From contig CAYSXY010000001.1 in the NCBI GenBank assembly GCA_964435165.1, positions 43,847 through 107,846 on the forward strand: a stretch of DNA of 64,000 nucleotides. The letters run 5' to 3'. A program made the position numbers and the translations under genes. The DNA comes from an uncultured Rickettsiales bacterium (lineage in GTDB: Bacteria; Pseudomonadota; Alphaproteobacteria; Rickettsiales; RI-342). This document shows, piece after piece, positions 28,069 to 38,390 of the stretch. Under the pieces are notes generated by a model that saw only the letters and a program-made list of their open reading frames with translations, ran no database searches and had not been told where the DNA came from. How positions within the stretch are numbered: position 1 is the first letter of the stretch; each line of letters starts with the position of its first letter.

Positions 28069-29298
28069 CTAAATCACGCCGAGTGATTTCCCGACACGCT
28101 CGAAGGTGTCCAGTGCAAAACTGACTTGATCGTCGGTAAGCGCAGCATTCATTTGAATACGAAGCCGTGCTGCTCCTTCCGGCACAACGGGATAGCCAAA
28201 TCCTGTAATGAAGATGCCTTCTTCCAATAGCGCCTGACTCATCTTAATCGCAAATGAGGTTTCTCCCACAATAATTGGGATAATGGCAGATGGGCCATCC
28301 AGTGGCGTGAATCCTTTTTCTTTCAATCCATTGTGCATCATGGCGACGAGTTCATGCAGCCTGGCCAGGCGCTCCGCTTCACGTTCCATCACCCGGATCG
28401 CTTCCAGCGCGCTGGCTGCTACGGTAGCCGGCAATGCGTTGGAGAAGAGTTGCGGCCGTGAGACCTGATAGAGATATTCAATGACCGGCGCCGGAGCCGC
28501 CACATAGCCACCGGCCGCGCCCCCCAATGCTTTGCCCAGGGTTCCGGTGATAATATCAACCTCACCTTCCACCCCAAAATACTCCGCTGTGCCGCGGCCA
28601 TGCGCCCCCATCACCCCCACGCCATGACAGTCATCCACCATCAATAACGCGTCATATTCCTTACACAGCGCAATGATGTCAGGCAGTGGGGCAATATCAC
28701 CCTCCATGCTGAACACGCCATCCGTAATGACCAAACGTCGCCGTGCTTCGCCTGTTTCTTTCAGTTGAGCTTCCAGATCATCCATATCAGCATGTTGGTA
28801 GATCATGCGTTTTGCCTTTGACATGCGGCAGCCATCAATGAGCGATGCATGGTTCAGCGCATCGCTGATGATCACATCCTCCGGCCCGGCCAGCGCTGGA
28901 ATCACGCCGGTATTTGCCTGCCAGCAAGAAGGATAGGTCAAGGCAGCGTCGCATTGGTGTAATTGCGCCAGCGCCGATTCAATCTCCTTATGGATAGTAA
29001 AACTACCGCAGATAAAGCGAACGGATGCCGTGCCGGCACCATACTGATCCAGTGCCGCCTTACCGGCTGCGACAACCTGTGGATGATTGGCCAGCCCCAA
29101 ATAGTTATTGGCGGATAACACCAGCACATGCCCGGCATCGTCCATGTCCACTTCCGTATCCATCGGGCTTTCAATGGCATGGTGCGCTTTGTAGGTGCCT
29201 TTATCGCGCATATGCAGAAGATTAGCTTCTATCTGATGAACAAAATCCGAACGCGCGGCAGATCCCTGATGAATAGGCTGGTTTAGTGCATGCGACAT
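28069..29298 (-). CDS. kbl: Glycine C-acetyltransferase (2-amino-3-ketobutyrate CoA ligase)
   Basis: Collinear with remembered E. coli Kbl: NNYLGLANHP, ASVRFICG, ISDALNHASIIDG, DGVFSMEGD, DDCHGVG, ITGTLGKALGGAAGGY (PLP Lys), ending GKSLGVI. Confidence 0.88.
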   Translation of the reverse strand: MSHALNQPIHQGSAARSDFVHQIEANLLHMRDKGTYKAHHAIESPMDTEVDMDDAGHVLVLSANNYLGLANHPQVVAAGKAALDQYGAGTASVRFICGSFTIHKEIESALAQLHQCDAALTYPSCWQANTGVIPALAGPEDVIISDALNHASLIDGCRMSKAKRMIYQHADMDDLEAQLKETGEARRRLVITDGVFSMEGDIAPLPDIIALCKEYDALLMVDDCHGVGVMGAHGRGTAEYFGVEGEVDIITGTLGKALGGAAGGYVAAPAPVIEYLYQVSRPQLFSNALPATVAASALEAIRVMEREAERLARLHELVAMMHNGLKEKGFTPLDGPSAIIPIIVGETSFAIKMSQALLEEGIFITGFGYPVVPEGAARLRIQMNAALTDDQVSFALDTFERVGKSLGVI

Positions 29299-29327
29299 AA
29301 ATTCTCCCCTTTAAGTCTTATAGCTTT

Positions 29328-29358
29328 TCCCACCAATTTCTGTACAGAAATTAGTGGG
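29328..29358. promoter_or_regulatory. Palindrome upstream of kbl (candidate operator or 5'-UTR hairpin)
   Basis: cccaccAATTTCTGTACAGAAATTagtggg. The 18-bp core is a perfect palindrome, with its proximal edge about 30 nt (centre about 45 nt) upstream of the kbl ATG. Confidence 0.35.
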
Positions 29359-29721
29359 TCGTTCAGACGCCACTAAGGCTTACGCGCCAACTATGGCGCG
29401 GGCAGCAGTCGCGGCCTCATAGCCATTCAGATTGTATGAAAATTAATGTGAATGGCTATAGAGAGTGTCATCACATTCTCTATCTTGTGACGACACTCTC
29501 TATGTCATTTTATATAATAATGCGATCAGCGATGGAATCATGATGTATGCCATATGAATGCTTGCAGCGCATAGCCGTCATGTGCAAATGCTGTGATTTC
29601 AAGCGGCTATGACGCAAAACTTTCACCATTCTGTCATTCGATTGTCTTCATTGCAGGATACTCTTAATTTATCCAAACAGATGATGTTTTTGCACACAGA
29701 TTCAGTTTCAGCGTATAGGAG

Positions 29722-29757
29722 GCGGGGCCGGTAGCAAAGCGGCCCCGCAATTTTTTT
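29722..29757 (+). terminator. Rho-independent terminator oriented for the + strand, with no annotated + strand gene upstream
   Basis: gcggggccg-gtagcaaag-cggccccgc followed by aattttttt. 9-bp GC stem plus a 7-T run. Confidence 0.55.
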
Positions 29758-29792
29758 GTCTTCCCGACTCTTTGATTCTATTGATTGGTTTC

Positions 29793-30242
29793 TCAATCAA
29801 TCTGCCGGATGGTATCCAGATGGCGAATAACATTAACTGTCATATCGCCAGAACCAATCGCTTCCTTTTCATAACAGAAGGCATAGTGATTTCCTTCAGA
29901 GAGAGAGATAGGAAGCGGTGCCAGCACCAGCTCTTGTTCGGGAGCGGAAGCATCTTTCCATATCCATGGAATACGTACTTCAACAGTTCCAAGTGTCTCT
30001 GACTGAAACATTGCGGCGTAGAATAACGGTTTGTCGCGATGTCTCGGTATGTAGTCCGGCGGCGAGACTTCGTTGAAGCGTATCAGTTTGCCTTGGCCAA
30101 AACTATATGGTTTTTGCTCTTTTTCTGAAAGTTCTGAGCAGAGCTTAGCATAGTCAGGTTGCAAGAGACGCCCGGTCGTTGCCCATAATAATACGCTCAG
30201 CACCAGTAAAGCGATGATTGAGACAACGACTTTTCTACTCAT
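29793..30242 (-). CDS. Membrane-anchored hypothetical protein
   Basis: N-terminal anchor MSRKVVVSIIALLVLSVLLWA. No family recognised. Confidence 0.55.
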   Translation of the reverse strand: MSRKVVVSIIALLVLSVLLWATTGRLLQPDYAKLCSELSEKEQKPYSFGQGKLIRFNEVSPPDYIPRHRDKPLFYAAMFQSETLGTVEVRIPWIWKDASAPEQELVLAPLPISLSEGNHYAFCYEKEAIGSGDMTVNVIRHLDTIRQID

Positions 30243-30261
30243 GATCAGTCACCTTGCGCTT

Positions 30262-32235
30262 TTACACTTTTGCTAATTTGACTTTTGCCAGACCAGGCTT
30301 GGGCGTGAGAGAAGCGGCATGATGCAAACGGCGCAGACAATCGGCGATGGATACCGCATCCAATTGTGCTTCCTCAATCATCTGCTGCGGCGATGCCTGC
30401 TGCTGAAAACGATCCGGCAATGTCAATGTGCGCAATTGCAGGCCTGTATCCAGTGCACCGGTTTCTGCCAGATAATGCATCACCTGAGCACCAAAGCCAC
30501 CACGCGCTCCTTCTTCAAGTGTGACGAATGTATGGTGATGTCGCACCAACTGATTAATCAGTGCGGTATCCAACGGCTTGGCAAAGCGGGCATCGGCCAG
30601 CGTAATCGGCAATCCCTCTGCCTCCAGCCAGTTTGCCGCCTGCTCTGCATCGGCCAGACGCGAGCCGAACGACAATAATGCTATCCCCGCTCCCTCGCGC
30701 AGGATGCGTCCTTTTCCTATCTCCAAAGGCGCAGGATGACTAGGAATGGTCGCGCCGACTCCCTCGCCTCGAGGGTAACGCACAGCGCTGGGTGCATCGT
30801 CAATCACCGCTGCTGTCGCCACCATGCGGCTCAGTTCCGCCTCATCGGCAGCGCCCATGACGACCATGTGAGGGAGCATGGAGAGATAGCCGATATCAAA
30901 GCTGCCGGCATGGGTGGGGCCATCGGCTCCGACCAGCCCGGCGCGGTCTATGGCAAAACGCACCGGCAGCTGTTGAATCGCGACATCATGCACCACCTGG
31001 TCATAGGCACGCTGAAGAAAGGTGGAATAAATAGCAGCAAACGGCTTATACCCTTCCGCAGCCAACCCGGCGGCAAATGTCACCGCATGTTGTTCGGCAA
31101 TGCCGACATCAAAACAACGCTCAGGAAAGGCCTTGGCAAATTTGTCCAGCCCCGTGCCACTCGGCATCGCCGCGGTGATCGCTACGATTCGGTCATCACG
31201 CTCTGCCTCGGCAATCAGGCTATTGGCAAAGACGCTGGTATAGCTCGGCGCTTTTGGCGCTGACTTGACCTGCGCGCCGGTGCGTATATCAAACTTTGCT
31301 ACACCGTGATATTTATCGGCGGAGGATTCCGCCGGTTCATAACCATAGCCTTTTTTAGTGACGACGTGGACCAGCACGGGGCCAGAATCGCGCTGATCAC
31401 GAACATTTTTGAGTACAGGCAACAGATGGTCGAGGTTATGGCCATCAATCGGGCCGACATAGTAAAACCCCATTTCTTCAAACAAGGTCGCTCCGGCAGA
31501 TGCGCCGCCGGTTGCCAATGTACGAGCATAATGTTCAGCAGTTCGCGCCACCTGCGCCAGCGGACGCGGAAAACGCCGCAAAATACTTTTACCTAAATCG
31601 CGTAAGTGGTGATAGCCACGCGAGGAGGCAAGGCGAGCAAGATAGGTGCTCATCGCTCCGGTTGGCGGCGCAATGGACATATCGTTGTCATTTAAAATCA
31701 CAATCAAGCGTGTACCCAATGCCCCGGCATTATTCATCGCCTCATATGCCATGCCAGCGCTCATGGCCCCGTCACCGATAACGGCGATCACTTCATGATC
31801 TTCTCCTCGAAGATCCCGCGCCACGGCCATGCCCAACCCCGCCGAAATAGAGGTGGAGCTATGCCCGGCGCCAAAACTGTCATGTTCACTTTCACCGCGT
31901 TTGGTAAAGCCGGACAATCCATCTTTCTGGCGAATCGTGCGAATGCGGTCCCGCCTGCCGGTGAGAATTTTGTGGGGATAGGCCTGATGCCCCACATCCC
32001 AAATCAGCTTATCTTTGGGCGTATCAAACAGATAATGCAATGCTGTGGTCAACTCGACAACACCAAGGCCAGCCCCCAGATGACCACCCGTGGAAGCCAC
32101 TGCGTTGATGGTTTCGCGCCTGAGTTCATCTGCTAACTGTGGCAGATCAGATTCGTTTAACTGGCGTAGTGCCTGAGGCGTGTCCACCTGATCCAACAGC
32201 GGGGTTACATGTTTTAACGTCTGCATGTCGGACAT
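30262..32235 (-). CDS. dxs: 1-deoxy-D-xylulose-5-phosphate synthase
   Basis: [47 protein letters not shown] motif. Met at 32235 ([15 protein letters not shown]) preferred over 32271. Confidence 0.93.
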   Translation of the reverse strand: MSDMQTLKHVTPLLDQVDTPQALRQLNESDLPQLADELRRETINAVASTGGHLGAGLGVVELTTALHYLFDTPKDKLIWDVGHQAYPHKILTGRRDRIRTIRQKDGLSGFTKRGESEHDSFGAGHSSTSISAGLGMAVARDLRGEDHEVIAVIGDGAMSAGMAYEAMNNAGALGTRLIVILNDNDMSIAPPTGAMSTYLARLASSRGYHHLRDLGKSILRRFPRPLAQVARTAEHYARTLATGGASAGATLFEEMGFYYVGPIDGHNLDHLLPVLKNVRDQRDSGPVLVHVVTKKGYGYEPAESSADKYHGVAKFDIRTGAQVKSAPKAPSYTSVFANSLIAEAERDDRIVAITAAMPSGTGLDKFAKAFPERCFDVGIAEQHAVTFAAGLAAEGYKPFAAIYSTFLQRAYDQVVHDVAIQQLPVRFAIDRAGLVGADGPTHAGSFDIGYLSMLPHMVVMGAADEAELSRMVATAAVIDDAPSAVRYPRGEGVGATIPSHPAPLEIGKGRILREGAGIALLSFGSRLADAEQAANWLEAEGLPITLADARFAKPLDTALINQLVRHHHTFVTLEEGARGGFGAQVMHYLAETGALDTGLQLRTLTLPDRFQQQASPQQMIEEAQLDAVSIADCLRRLHHAASLTPKPGLAKVKLAKV

Positions 32236-32460
32236 GCACCATTCCTTTTCACCGGTTGTAGGTATGTTCACTCTTCTTCATAGCATGGTTCGGCCTAAAC
32301 GCCAATAAATGCTCATTCGCGCCAATAATATCCGGTCGGCTTTCCTTGCGTGTTCGTTTTTTCTGTGCATACTCGCGCCATGCTGCCAGGGCATGATCAT
32401 ACTTAATGTTGCCCGATGTCAGATCGACCGTAAGTTCCATCATCGTGAGTCATCGCATCC

Positions 32461-32958
32461 ATGGTGCTTTTTCGCAGTTTTCTACTGTTCGTATTTTTGT
32501 GCATTAGCTGGTATATCATGTCCGGCTTTGACAAGCCATTTTTCCTGATTTCCGGCGTTATCTGCAGCTTTTTATGTGTCGTCATAGTTCACCGTATGGA
32601 TGTGATCGACGATGAAGGCCAGCCACTCCATTTGAGCCTTGGCGCCCCACTTTACTGGTTATGGCTGTTTAAAGAAATGTTTCTCTCCAGTGCGCGTGTG
32701 GCGCACGTTACGCTGGCAGAAAATTTGCGCATTGACCCTGATTTTGAGACGATTGTGAGTAATCAACATGATCCTGGCAGCCATGCTGCCTACGCCAACT
32801 CCATTACCCTGACACCGGGCACCGTATCGGTCAATATTGAGCAGGAAGATGATGAAACCGCGCATATTTATGTCCATGCGCTGGAGAAAAGCAGCCTAAA
32901 AGACCTGAAAGACGGGCGTATGCAGCAATGGGTCAAACGACTGACGGGGATGTCGTAA
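32461..32958 (+). CDS. mrpE: Mrp/Mnh antiporter subunit E
   Basis: MnhE-like size and N-terminal TM pair. First gene of an overlapping Mrp-type operon. Confidence 0.75.
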   Translation: MVLFRSFLLFVFLCISWYIMSGFDKPFFLISGVICSFLCVVIVHRMDVIDDEGQPLHLSLGAPLYWLWLFKEMFLSSARVAHVTLAENLRIDPDFETIVSNQHDPGSHAAYANSITLTPGTVSVNIEQEDDETAHIYVHALEKSSLKDLKDGRMQQWVKRLTGMS

Positions 32959-33272
32959 TGCAGGTGATTGATATTGCACTGATAGCGATTCTGGTCAGTA
33001 TGGCGCTGGTGATTATCCGCGGCATTCTGGGCCCATCAATTCAGGATCGTCTGCTTGCTGTGAACGCATTTGGTAGCAACACGGTCATTGCCATCGCCTT
33101 GCTCGCTTTCATGGTCGATAATATGATGTTTATCGATATCGCGCTGGTCTACGCACTGATTAACTTCACCAGCACCATTGCTATGCTGAAATTCTTTCGT
33201 TATGGCAGCTTTGATCACCAGGTCGTTGAATCCAGTGATGATCATATTTTGCATGGGCAGGAGAAGCCATGA
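32958..33272 (+). CDS. mrpF: Mrp/Mnh antiporter subunit F
   Basis: TAATG overlap with mrpE. ILGPSIQDRLLAVNAFGS motif typical of MnhF. Confidence 0.8.
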   Translation: MQVIDIALIAILVSMALVIIRGILGPSIQDRLLAVNAFGSNTVIAIALLAFMVDNMMFIDIALVYALINFTSTIAMLKFFRYGSFDHQVVESSDDHILHGQEKP

Positions 33273-33622
33273 TGATCATTGACTGGTTTAGTTATGGCCT
33301 GATTATTTTAGGAGCGTTTTTTACGCTGACTGGAGCAGTCGGCATTGTACGCATGCCGGATTTCTTTAATCGCCTGCACCCGGCAGGGCTCAAAGATTCG
33401 ATGGGCATTCCGCTGGTCACCTTTGGGTTGATGTTACAGGCCGATAGCGCGCTAATTGCCATTAAGCTACTGTTTCTAATGCTTTTTCTTCTTTTCACCA
33501 ATCCGACATCGTCGCACGCACTTGCAAAAAGCGCCGTATTGAACGTCACGGATGAGAAAAAAGGCAACGGCCATCGTCAATCGGCCGTCGCCGCATCTAC
33601 GTCAAAGAGGCGTAAGTCATGA
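33269..33622 (+). CDS. mrpG: Mrp/Mnh antiporter subunit G
   Basis: GAVGIVRMPDFFNRLHPAGLKDSMG motif typical of MnhG. Confidence 0.85.
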   Translation: MMIIDWFSYGLIILGAFFTLTGAVGIVRMPDFFNRLHPAGLKDSMGIPLVTFGLMLQADSALIAIKLLFLMLFLLFTNPTSSHALAKSAVLNVTDEKKGNGHRQSAVAASTSKRRKS

Positions 33623-34203
33623 CAGAAATGGTGTTTGGCATATCAACGCACACGGTGCTTAACCTGGTTGTTCTAACCTTTCTCGTCGTTGTGGCAGGCG
33701 CGATCATCAAAATGAGCGACATGCTGGCAGCCGCTATGTTGTCTGGGATTTTCAGCCTGTTGATGGCATTGATGTATCTCATTTTAGAAGCGCCGGATGT
33801 GGCCATTACCGAAGCTGCCGTTGGGGCAGGCATTAGCACCATTATGCTATTGGCGACACTCGTCTTTACCGGGCGTGAAGAGGCGTGCGTTAATAAGCAC
33901 GCTTTGCCCGGTCTGATAGTTGTCACGGTGGTAGGAGCTTCGCTGATATACGCCACCTCCGATATGCCGCATTTTGGCGATGATGCCGCGCCGGCTAATC
34001 GACATGTGGCCCCCTATTACATTCAGCAAATGAAGCCGGAAATCGGCATCCCCAACATTGTGACCGGTGTATTGGCCAGCTATCGTGCCTGGGATACATT
34101 TGGCGAAGTCATCGTGGTGTTTACGGCCCTGACTGCCGTCTTGCTATTGCTCTCGCCACGCCGGGGCGGGCAATCCAGGCGGAAGGAGAAGCCGGATGCG
34201 TGA
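33619..34203 (+). CDS. DUF4040 / MrpA-C-terminal-like subunit fused to an MnhB-type N-terminal segment
   Basis: LEAPDVAITEAAVGAGIST (DUF4040-like) and NIVTGVLASYRAWDTFGEVIVVF (MnhB-like). Confidence 0.7.
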   Translation: MTEMVFGISTHTVLNLVVLTFLVVVAGAIIKMSDMLAAAMLSGIFSLLMALMYLILEAPDVAITEAAVGAGISTIMLLATLVFTGREEACVNKHALPGLIVVTVVGASLIYATSDMPHFGDDAAPANRHVAPYYIQQMKPEIGIPNIVTGVLASYRAWDTFGEVIVVFTALTAVLLLLSPRRGGQSRRKEKPDA

Positions 34204-34651
34204 TCAACTCGTTCTGCGTATTGTCTGCAAAATTCTGCTGCCTTTTATCTTCCTTTTTGGGCTGTATGTGCTGATGCATGGAAAATATAGTCCAGGTGGA
34301 GGGTTTCAGGCCGGGGCCATCCTGGCAGCAGGATTCATTATCTATGCGCTGATTTTTGGTGTGCACCATCTGCAGCGTGTCGTATCGCTTCACCTGTTAA
34401 AATGGTTAAGTGCTGTTGGCGTGTTCATGTATGTTGGCGTGGCTATCGGTAGCCTGTTTCTTGGCGGCAACCTGCTTAATTACAATGTCTATTTTGAAAA
34501 CCCGCTGGTCGGTCAATTCTGGATGATCATGATCGTCGAGTTAGCGATTGGCCTGAGCGTCACCTGCGTGCTGACCAGTATTTTCATTGCTTTTGCCACC
34601 CATTCACCCGACGCAGTGGAAGAGGCAATGGAGGAGATCGCTGATGTATAG
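34196..34651 (+). CDS. mrpB: Mrp/Mnh antiporter subunit B
   Basis: HGKYSPGGGFQAGAILAAG motif. Confidence 0.8.
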   Translation: MRDQLVLRIVCKILLPFIFLFGLYVLMHGKYSPGGGFQAGAILAAGFIIYALIFGVHHLQRVVSLHLLKWLSAVGVFMYVGVAIGSLFLGGNLLNYNVYFENPLVGQFWMIMIVELAIGLSVTCVLTSIFIAFATHSPDAVEEAMEEIADV

Positions 34652-35072
34652 TGGCATAGATCTGATCGGCCATTACAATTACTGGGTCACCATTGTTTTG
34701 ATGATGATGGGCCTCTATATCGTGATTGTCAGCAACAATCTGGTCAAGCAATTGATCGGACTTGGTGTTTTTCAAACATCCGTCCTGCTTTTCTATATTT
34801 CGGTTGCCTGGGTTGAAGGTTCTGTTGCGCCTATTCTTGTGGAAGGGCAGTATTCATACAGCAACCCCCTGCCCCATGTATTGATGCTCACCGCTATTGT
34901 GGTTGGTGTCGCTACCATTTCTGTCGGACTGGCCATTGCCGTGCGTATCAAACAGGCCTATGGCACTATTGATGAGTCTGAGATTATTGCAGAAGATAAT
35001 GCGGAACTGGCCGGTAAAACGCGGCCTAAAAAACGAGAATCATCGGCTTCATCACGGAGGTCTGGCTCCTGA
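34644..35072 (+). CDS. mrpC: Mrp/Mnh antiporter subunit C (NuoK-like)
   Basis: ATG at 34644 overlaps the mrpB stop. Three TM helices, NLVKQLIGLGVFQTSV. Confidence 0.8.
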   Translation: MYSGIDLIGHYNYWVTIVLMMMGLYIVIVSNNLVKQLIGLGVFQTSVLLFYISVAWVEGSVAPILVEGQYSYSNPLPHVLMLTAIVVGVATISVGLAIAVRIKQAYGTIDESEIIAEDNAELAGKTRPKKRESSASSRRSGS

Positions 35073-36613
35073 TGCTTCCTCACCTGCCGATCTTACAGGT
35101 TATCATTCCCATGATTGCCGCCGCACTATGCGTCATCATGCCGCGCGGTGGCATGGCCTGGGTGGTTGCGGTGATCGGCAACTGGTTGACCTTCGGCGTG
35201 GCCATGGCATTGTTTCTGCAGACCAGTCATCACCATGTGATTTACTATGAATTGGGTGACTGGGTAGCGCCTTACGGTATTCAGTACCGCGTTGATCGGC
35301 TGGCCGTCTTCATGTTCATGATCGTCAGCTTTGTTGGGGCAATTGCCATTTTATTTGCCCGTGACAGCGTTGAACAGGACGTTCCGAAAGCAAAGCAGCC
35401 ATTATTTTACACGCTCTACTTGTTATGCATGGCCGGGCTGCTGGGGATTGTCGGCACAAATGACGCCTTTAATCTCTATGTGTTCTTAGAAATTTCATCT
35501 CTGGCAACGTATGCCTTGATTGCCATGGGACGTGATCGCCGGGCCCTGTCTTCGTCTTTTCAATATTTGATCATCGGCACAATCGGGGCGACATTTTTCC
35601 TGATCGGCGTCGGCCTGCTCTACATGATGACCGGCACGCTCAATATCAGCGATTTAGCGCAGCGTTTGCCTGACATTAGCGACACAAAACCGGTGCTGGC
35701 GGCCTTTGCCTTTATCGTGGTGGGGCTGAGCATGAAAATTGCCCTCTTCCCGCTGCATATGTGGTTGCCGAATGCCTATAGCTTTGCGCCGCATTTTGTC
35801 TCGGTGTTTATTGCCGCCACGGCCACCAAGGTCGGTGTCTATGCGTTGATTCGCATGTTGCTCAGCCTGTTCGGTTATGAATTCACCTATGAGACTATGC
35901 CATTAGGTGAAATTCTGCTGCTGCTGTCAGTACCTGCCATTCTTGTTGGCTCATTCGTTGCTATTTATCAGTTAAATATCAAACGAATGCTTGCCTATTC
36001 CAGTGTCGCTCAAATTGGTTACATCGTGATGGGGCTGGGTCTTGGCACGTTTGATGGCCTGCGTGCCAGCATTGTTCATCTGGCCAATCATGGGATCACC
36101 AAGGCCGCTTTATTTATGGTGGTAGGGTGTGTGGCGTATTCATTTAGCCGGGTGGGCATTACCAAGCTGAAGATCACCAGTTTTTACGGCATTGCCCGCC
36201 ATATGCCATTCACTTCCATGGCGTTTGTATTTGCCGGGCTGGCGTTGATCGGTGTTCCTCTCAGCGGTGGTTTTATCAGTAAATGGTATTTGCTCAATGC
36301 CGCTGTGGATGATGGCTGGTGGATTATGGCACTGGTCGTCGTGGCGGGTTCGCTGCTTGCGCTGATCTATATCTGGCGCGTGGTGGATGCGATGTATTTT
36401 GCCCAGCCGGGCCCGCGCAGTGCTGCGCTTAAAGAAGCACCCCCTGGTATGTTGATTCCTACCTGGATGATGGTTCTGGCCAGTTGGTATGTAGGCATCG
36501 ACACACAATTTACGGCGGCTGTTGCAACGGAAGCGGCGCAGATTCTGTTGGCTGACTCCATGCCTGTCTCACCCGGGACGATGTCGATTGTGTCCGGCGA
36601 GGTACAGCCATGA
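35072..36613 (+). CDS. mrpD: Mrp subunit D-like proton-conducting antiporter subunit (NuoN/M-like), copy 1
   Basis: Proton_antipo_M-type polytopic protein. LFPLHMWLPNAY, KRMLAYSSVAQIGY. Confidence 0.85.
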   Translation: MLPHLPILQVIIPMIAAALCVIMPRGGMAWVVAVIGNWLTFGVAMALFLQTSHHHVIYYELGDWVAPYGIQYRVDRLAVFMFMIVSFVGAIAILFARDSVEQDVPKAKQPLFYTLYLLCMAGLLGIVGTNDAFNLYVFLEISSLATYALIAMGRDRRALSSSFQYLIIGTIGATFFLIGVGLLYMMTGTLNISDLAQRLPDISDTKPVLAAFAFIVVGLSMKIALFPLHMWLPNAYSFAPHFVSVFIAATATKVGVYALIRMLLSLFGYEFTYETMPLGEILLLLSVPAILVGSFVAIYQLNIKRMLAYSSVAQIGYIVMGLGLGTFDGLRASIVHLANHGITKAALFMVVGCVAYSFSRVGITKLKITSFYGIARHMPFTSMAFVFAGLALIGVPLSGGFISKWYLLNAAVDDGWWIMALVVVAGSLLALIYIWRVVDAMYFAQPGPRSAALKEAPPGMLIPTWMMVLASWYVGIDTQFTAAVATEAAQILLADSMPVSPGTMSIVSGEVQP

Positions 36614-38109
36614 ACTGGATGTCGGACTCTCCCTCCACCCTGCTGTGGATGACGCTGGCCCTGCCCCTGGCGGTTGCTGTTCTTCTGCCGCTGTTTCATC
36701 GCAAACCGGATGTGCGAGAGGCGGTCTCGTTATTGGGCGGCATGCTGTTGGCGGCAACCAATCTTAGTCTGCTCGACCATTTTCATGCCGGTGCCAGGCC
36801 GCAGGTAACGCTTGTGCAGTTACTGCCAGAGCTAAGCCTATCACTCAAACTGGAGCCGCTCGGCATGCTGTTTGGGTTGATTGCCTCGCTGCTGTGGGTG
36901 GTGACGACGATTTATGCCATTGGCTATATGCGTGGGAATAAAGAACAACACCAGACACGCTTTTTTATGTGCTTTGCCGTGGCCATCACCTGCGCCATGG
37001 GCATTGCCTATGCCGAAGATCTTTTTACCACTTTTGTCTTCTATGAAGGTATGACCCTGGGCACCGTTGCTCTGGTGACGCATGCCGGTACACAGAACGC
37101 ACGCATGGCGGGCCGCACCTATCTCGGCGTTTTGATGGGCACCTCGCTTGGGCTGTTATTACCTGCCATTATCTGGGTCTGGTATCATGCAGGCACACTG
37201 GATTACCAATATGGCGGTATTATCCGCAATATCTGTGGCTGGCCGCTTGGTCTGATGCTGCTGCTTTTCGCCTATGGCACGGCCAAAGCCGCCCTGATGC
37301 CAGTGCATCGCTGGCTGCCTGCCGCTATGGTCGCCCCTACCCCTGTCAGTGCCTTACTCCATGCCGTGGCTGTGGTGAAAGCCGGGGTGTTTATTATTGT
37401 CAAAGTGCTGGTCTATATCTTCGGCGTTGATTACATGGCGATGATTACAGAGAGTCATTGGATCGCCGGAAGCTGGCTCGCCTGGCTTGCCGGATTGACC
37501 ATTCTGATCTCATCTCTCATTGCCTTGCAGCAGGATAATCTAAAGAAGCGGTTGGCTTATTCCACTATTTCGCAACTCTCCTATGTTGTGATGGCCGCTG
37601 CCATTTTCACCGATTATGCACTCGTCGGGGCCATTACCCACATTGCGGCCCATGCATTGGGTAAAATCACCCTGTTCTTTGGTGCAGGCGCGATATACAC
37701 CGCGTCCGGCAAGAAAAATGTCAGTGAATTGGATGGCATTGGCAAGATGATGCCGGTCACCATGATCGCCTTTAGTATCGGTATATTGGTGATGATTGGC
37801 CTTCCGCCCACCGTTGGTTTTTTAAGTAAGTGGTATATGCTCAAAGGGGCATTTCTCGCCGAGCATTATGTCGCATTTGGTGTGTTTATCGCCTCTACTT
37901 TGCTGAACGGGGCTTACTTCCTGCCCATTATTTATCAGGCCTTTTTCCTTGATCCACCTGCACGCAAGAAACGTCATGGGGAGGCCCCGCGCAGCATCCT
38001 CATTGCCATTTCTATCACGGCCACCGCCTGTATCGGCTTTTTCCTGTTCCCGGAAAGCATTGAAGACATTATCTTTACGCTGATTCCTAAAGATCTGCTG
38101 CATTACTGA
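36610..38109 (+). CDS. mrpD: Mrp subunit D-like antiporter subunit, copy 2
   Basis: MPVHRWLPAAMVAPTPVSALLHA, KKRLAYSTISQLSY. Confidence 0.85.
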   Translation: MNWMSDSPSTLLWMTLALPLAVAVLLPLFHRKPDVREAVSLLGGMLLAATNLSLLDHFHAGARPQVTLVQLLPELSLSLKLEPLGMLFGLIASLLWVVTTIYAIGYMRGNKEQHQTRFFMCFAVAITCAMGIAYAEDLFTTFVFYEGMTLGTVALVTHAGTQNARMAGRTYLGVLMGTSLGLLLPAIIWVWYHAGTLDYQYGGIIRNICGWPLGLMLLLFAYGTAKAALMPVHRWLPAAMVAPTPVSALLHAVAVVKAGVFIIVKVLVYIFGVDYMAMITESHWIAGSWLAWLAGLTILISSLIALQQDNLKKRLAYSTISQLSYVVMAAAIFTDYALVGAITHIAAHALGKITLFFGAGAIYTASGKKNVSELDGIGKMMPVTMIAFSIGILVMIGLPPTVGFLSKWYMLKGAFLAEHYVAFGVFIASTLLNGAYFLPIIYQAFFLDPPARKKRHGEAPRSILIAISITATACIGFFLFPESIEDIIFTLIPKDLLHY

Positions 38110-38120
38110 GGCTATTTTCC

Positions 38121-38390
38121 ATGTCGACGCAACCGCCACGCTATTCCGATTTTAGTCCAACGCTGCTCAAACGCCTGTGGACATGGTTTGCCATTATCCT
38201 GTTGGCGACGCTGATTGCCAATGCCTTCGTTCCGCTGCACGGACATTTTGGGCTGGATGCCACACCGTTCTTTTTTGCCTGGTATGGATTTGCCAGCTGT
38301 GCGGCAATTGTTATTTTTTCTAAATGTCTGGGATTACTGCTCAAACGCCCGCAGGATTATTACGTTCAACAGTCCAGGGAGACACGTTGA
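38121..38390 (+). CDS. Small two-helix membrane protein inside the Mrp operon
   Basis: Two predicted TM helices. Stop overlaps the next start (TGATG). Confidence 0.5.
   Translation: MSTQPPRYSDFSPTLLKRLWTWFAIILLATLIANAFVPLHGHFGLDATPFFFAWYGFASCAAIVIFSKCLGLLLKRPQDYYVQQSRETR

Noticed and set aside
28069-29298. Alternative call as 8-amino-7-oxononanoate synthase (BioF).
   Set aside because: It is collinear throughout with remembered Kbl sequence, including the ASVRFICG and C-terminal GK.LGVI blocks, and no bio genes are nearby. Only a phylogeny would settle Kbl versus BioF.
32249-32443. 64-aa - strand ORF between dxs and mrpE. I considered xseB, which often precedes dxs.
   Set aside because: The sequence does not resemble XseB or any family I recognise. 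It fills the divergent promoter region, so it is left unannotated.
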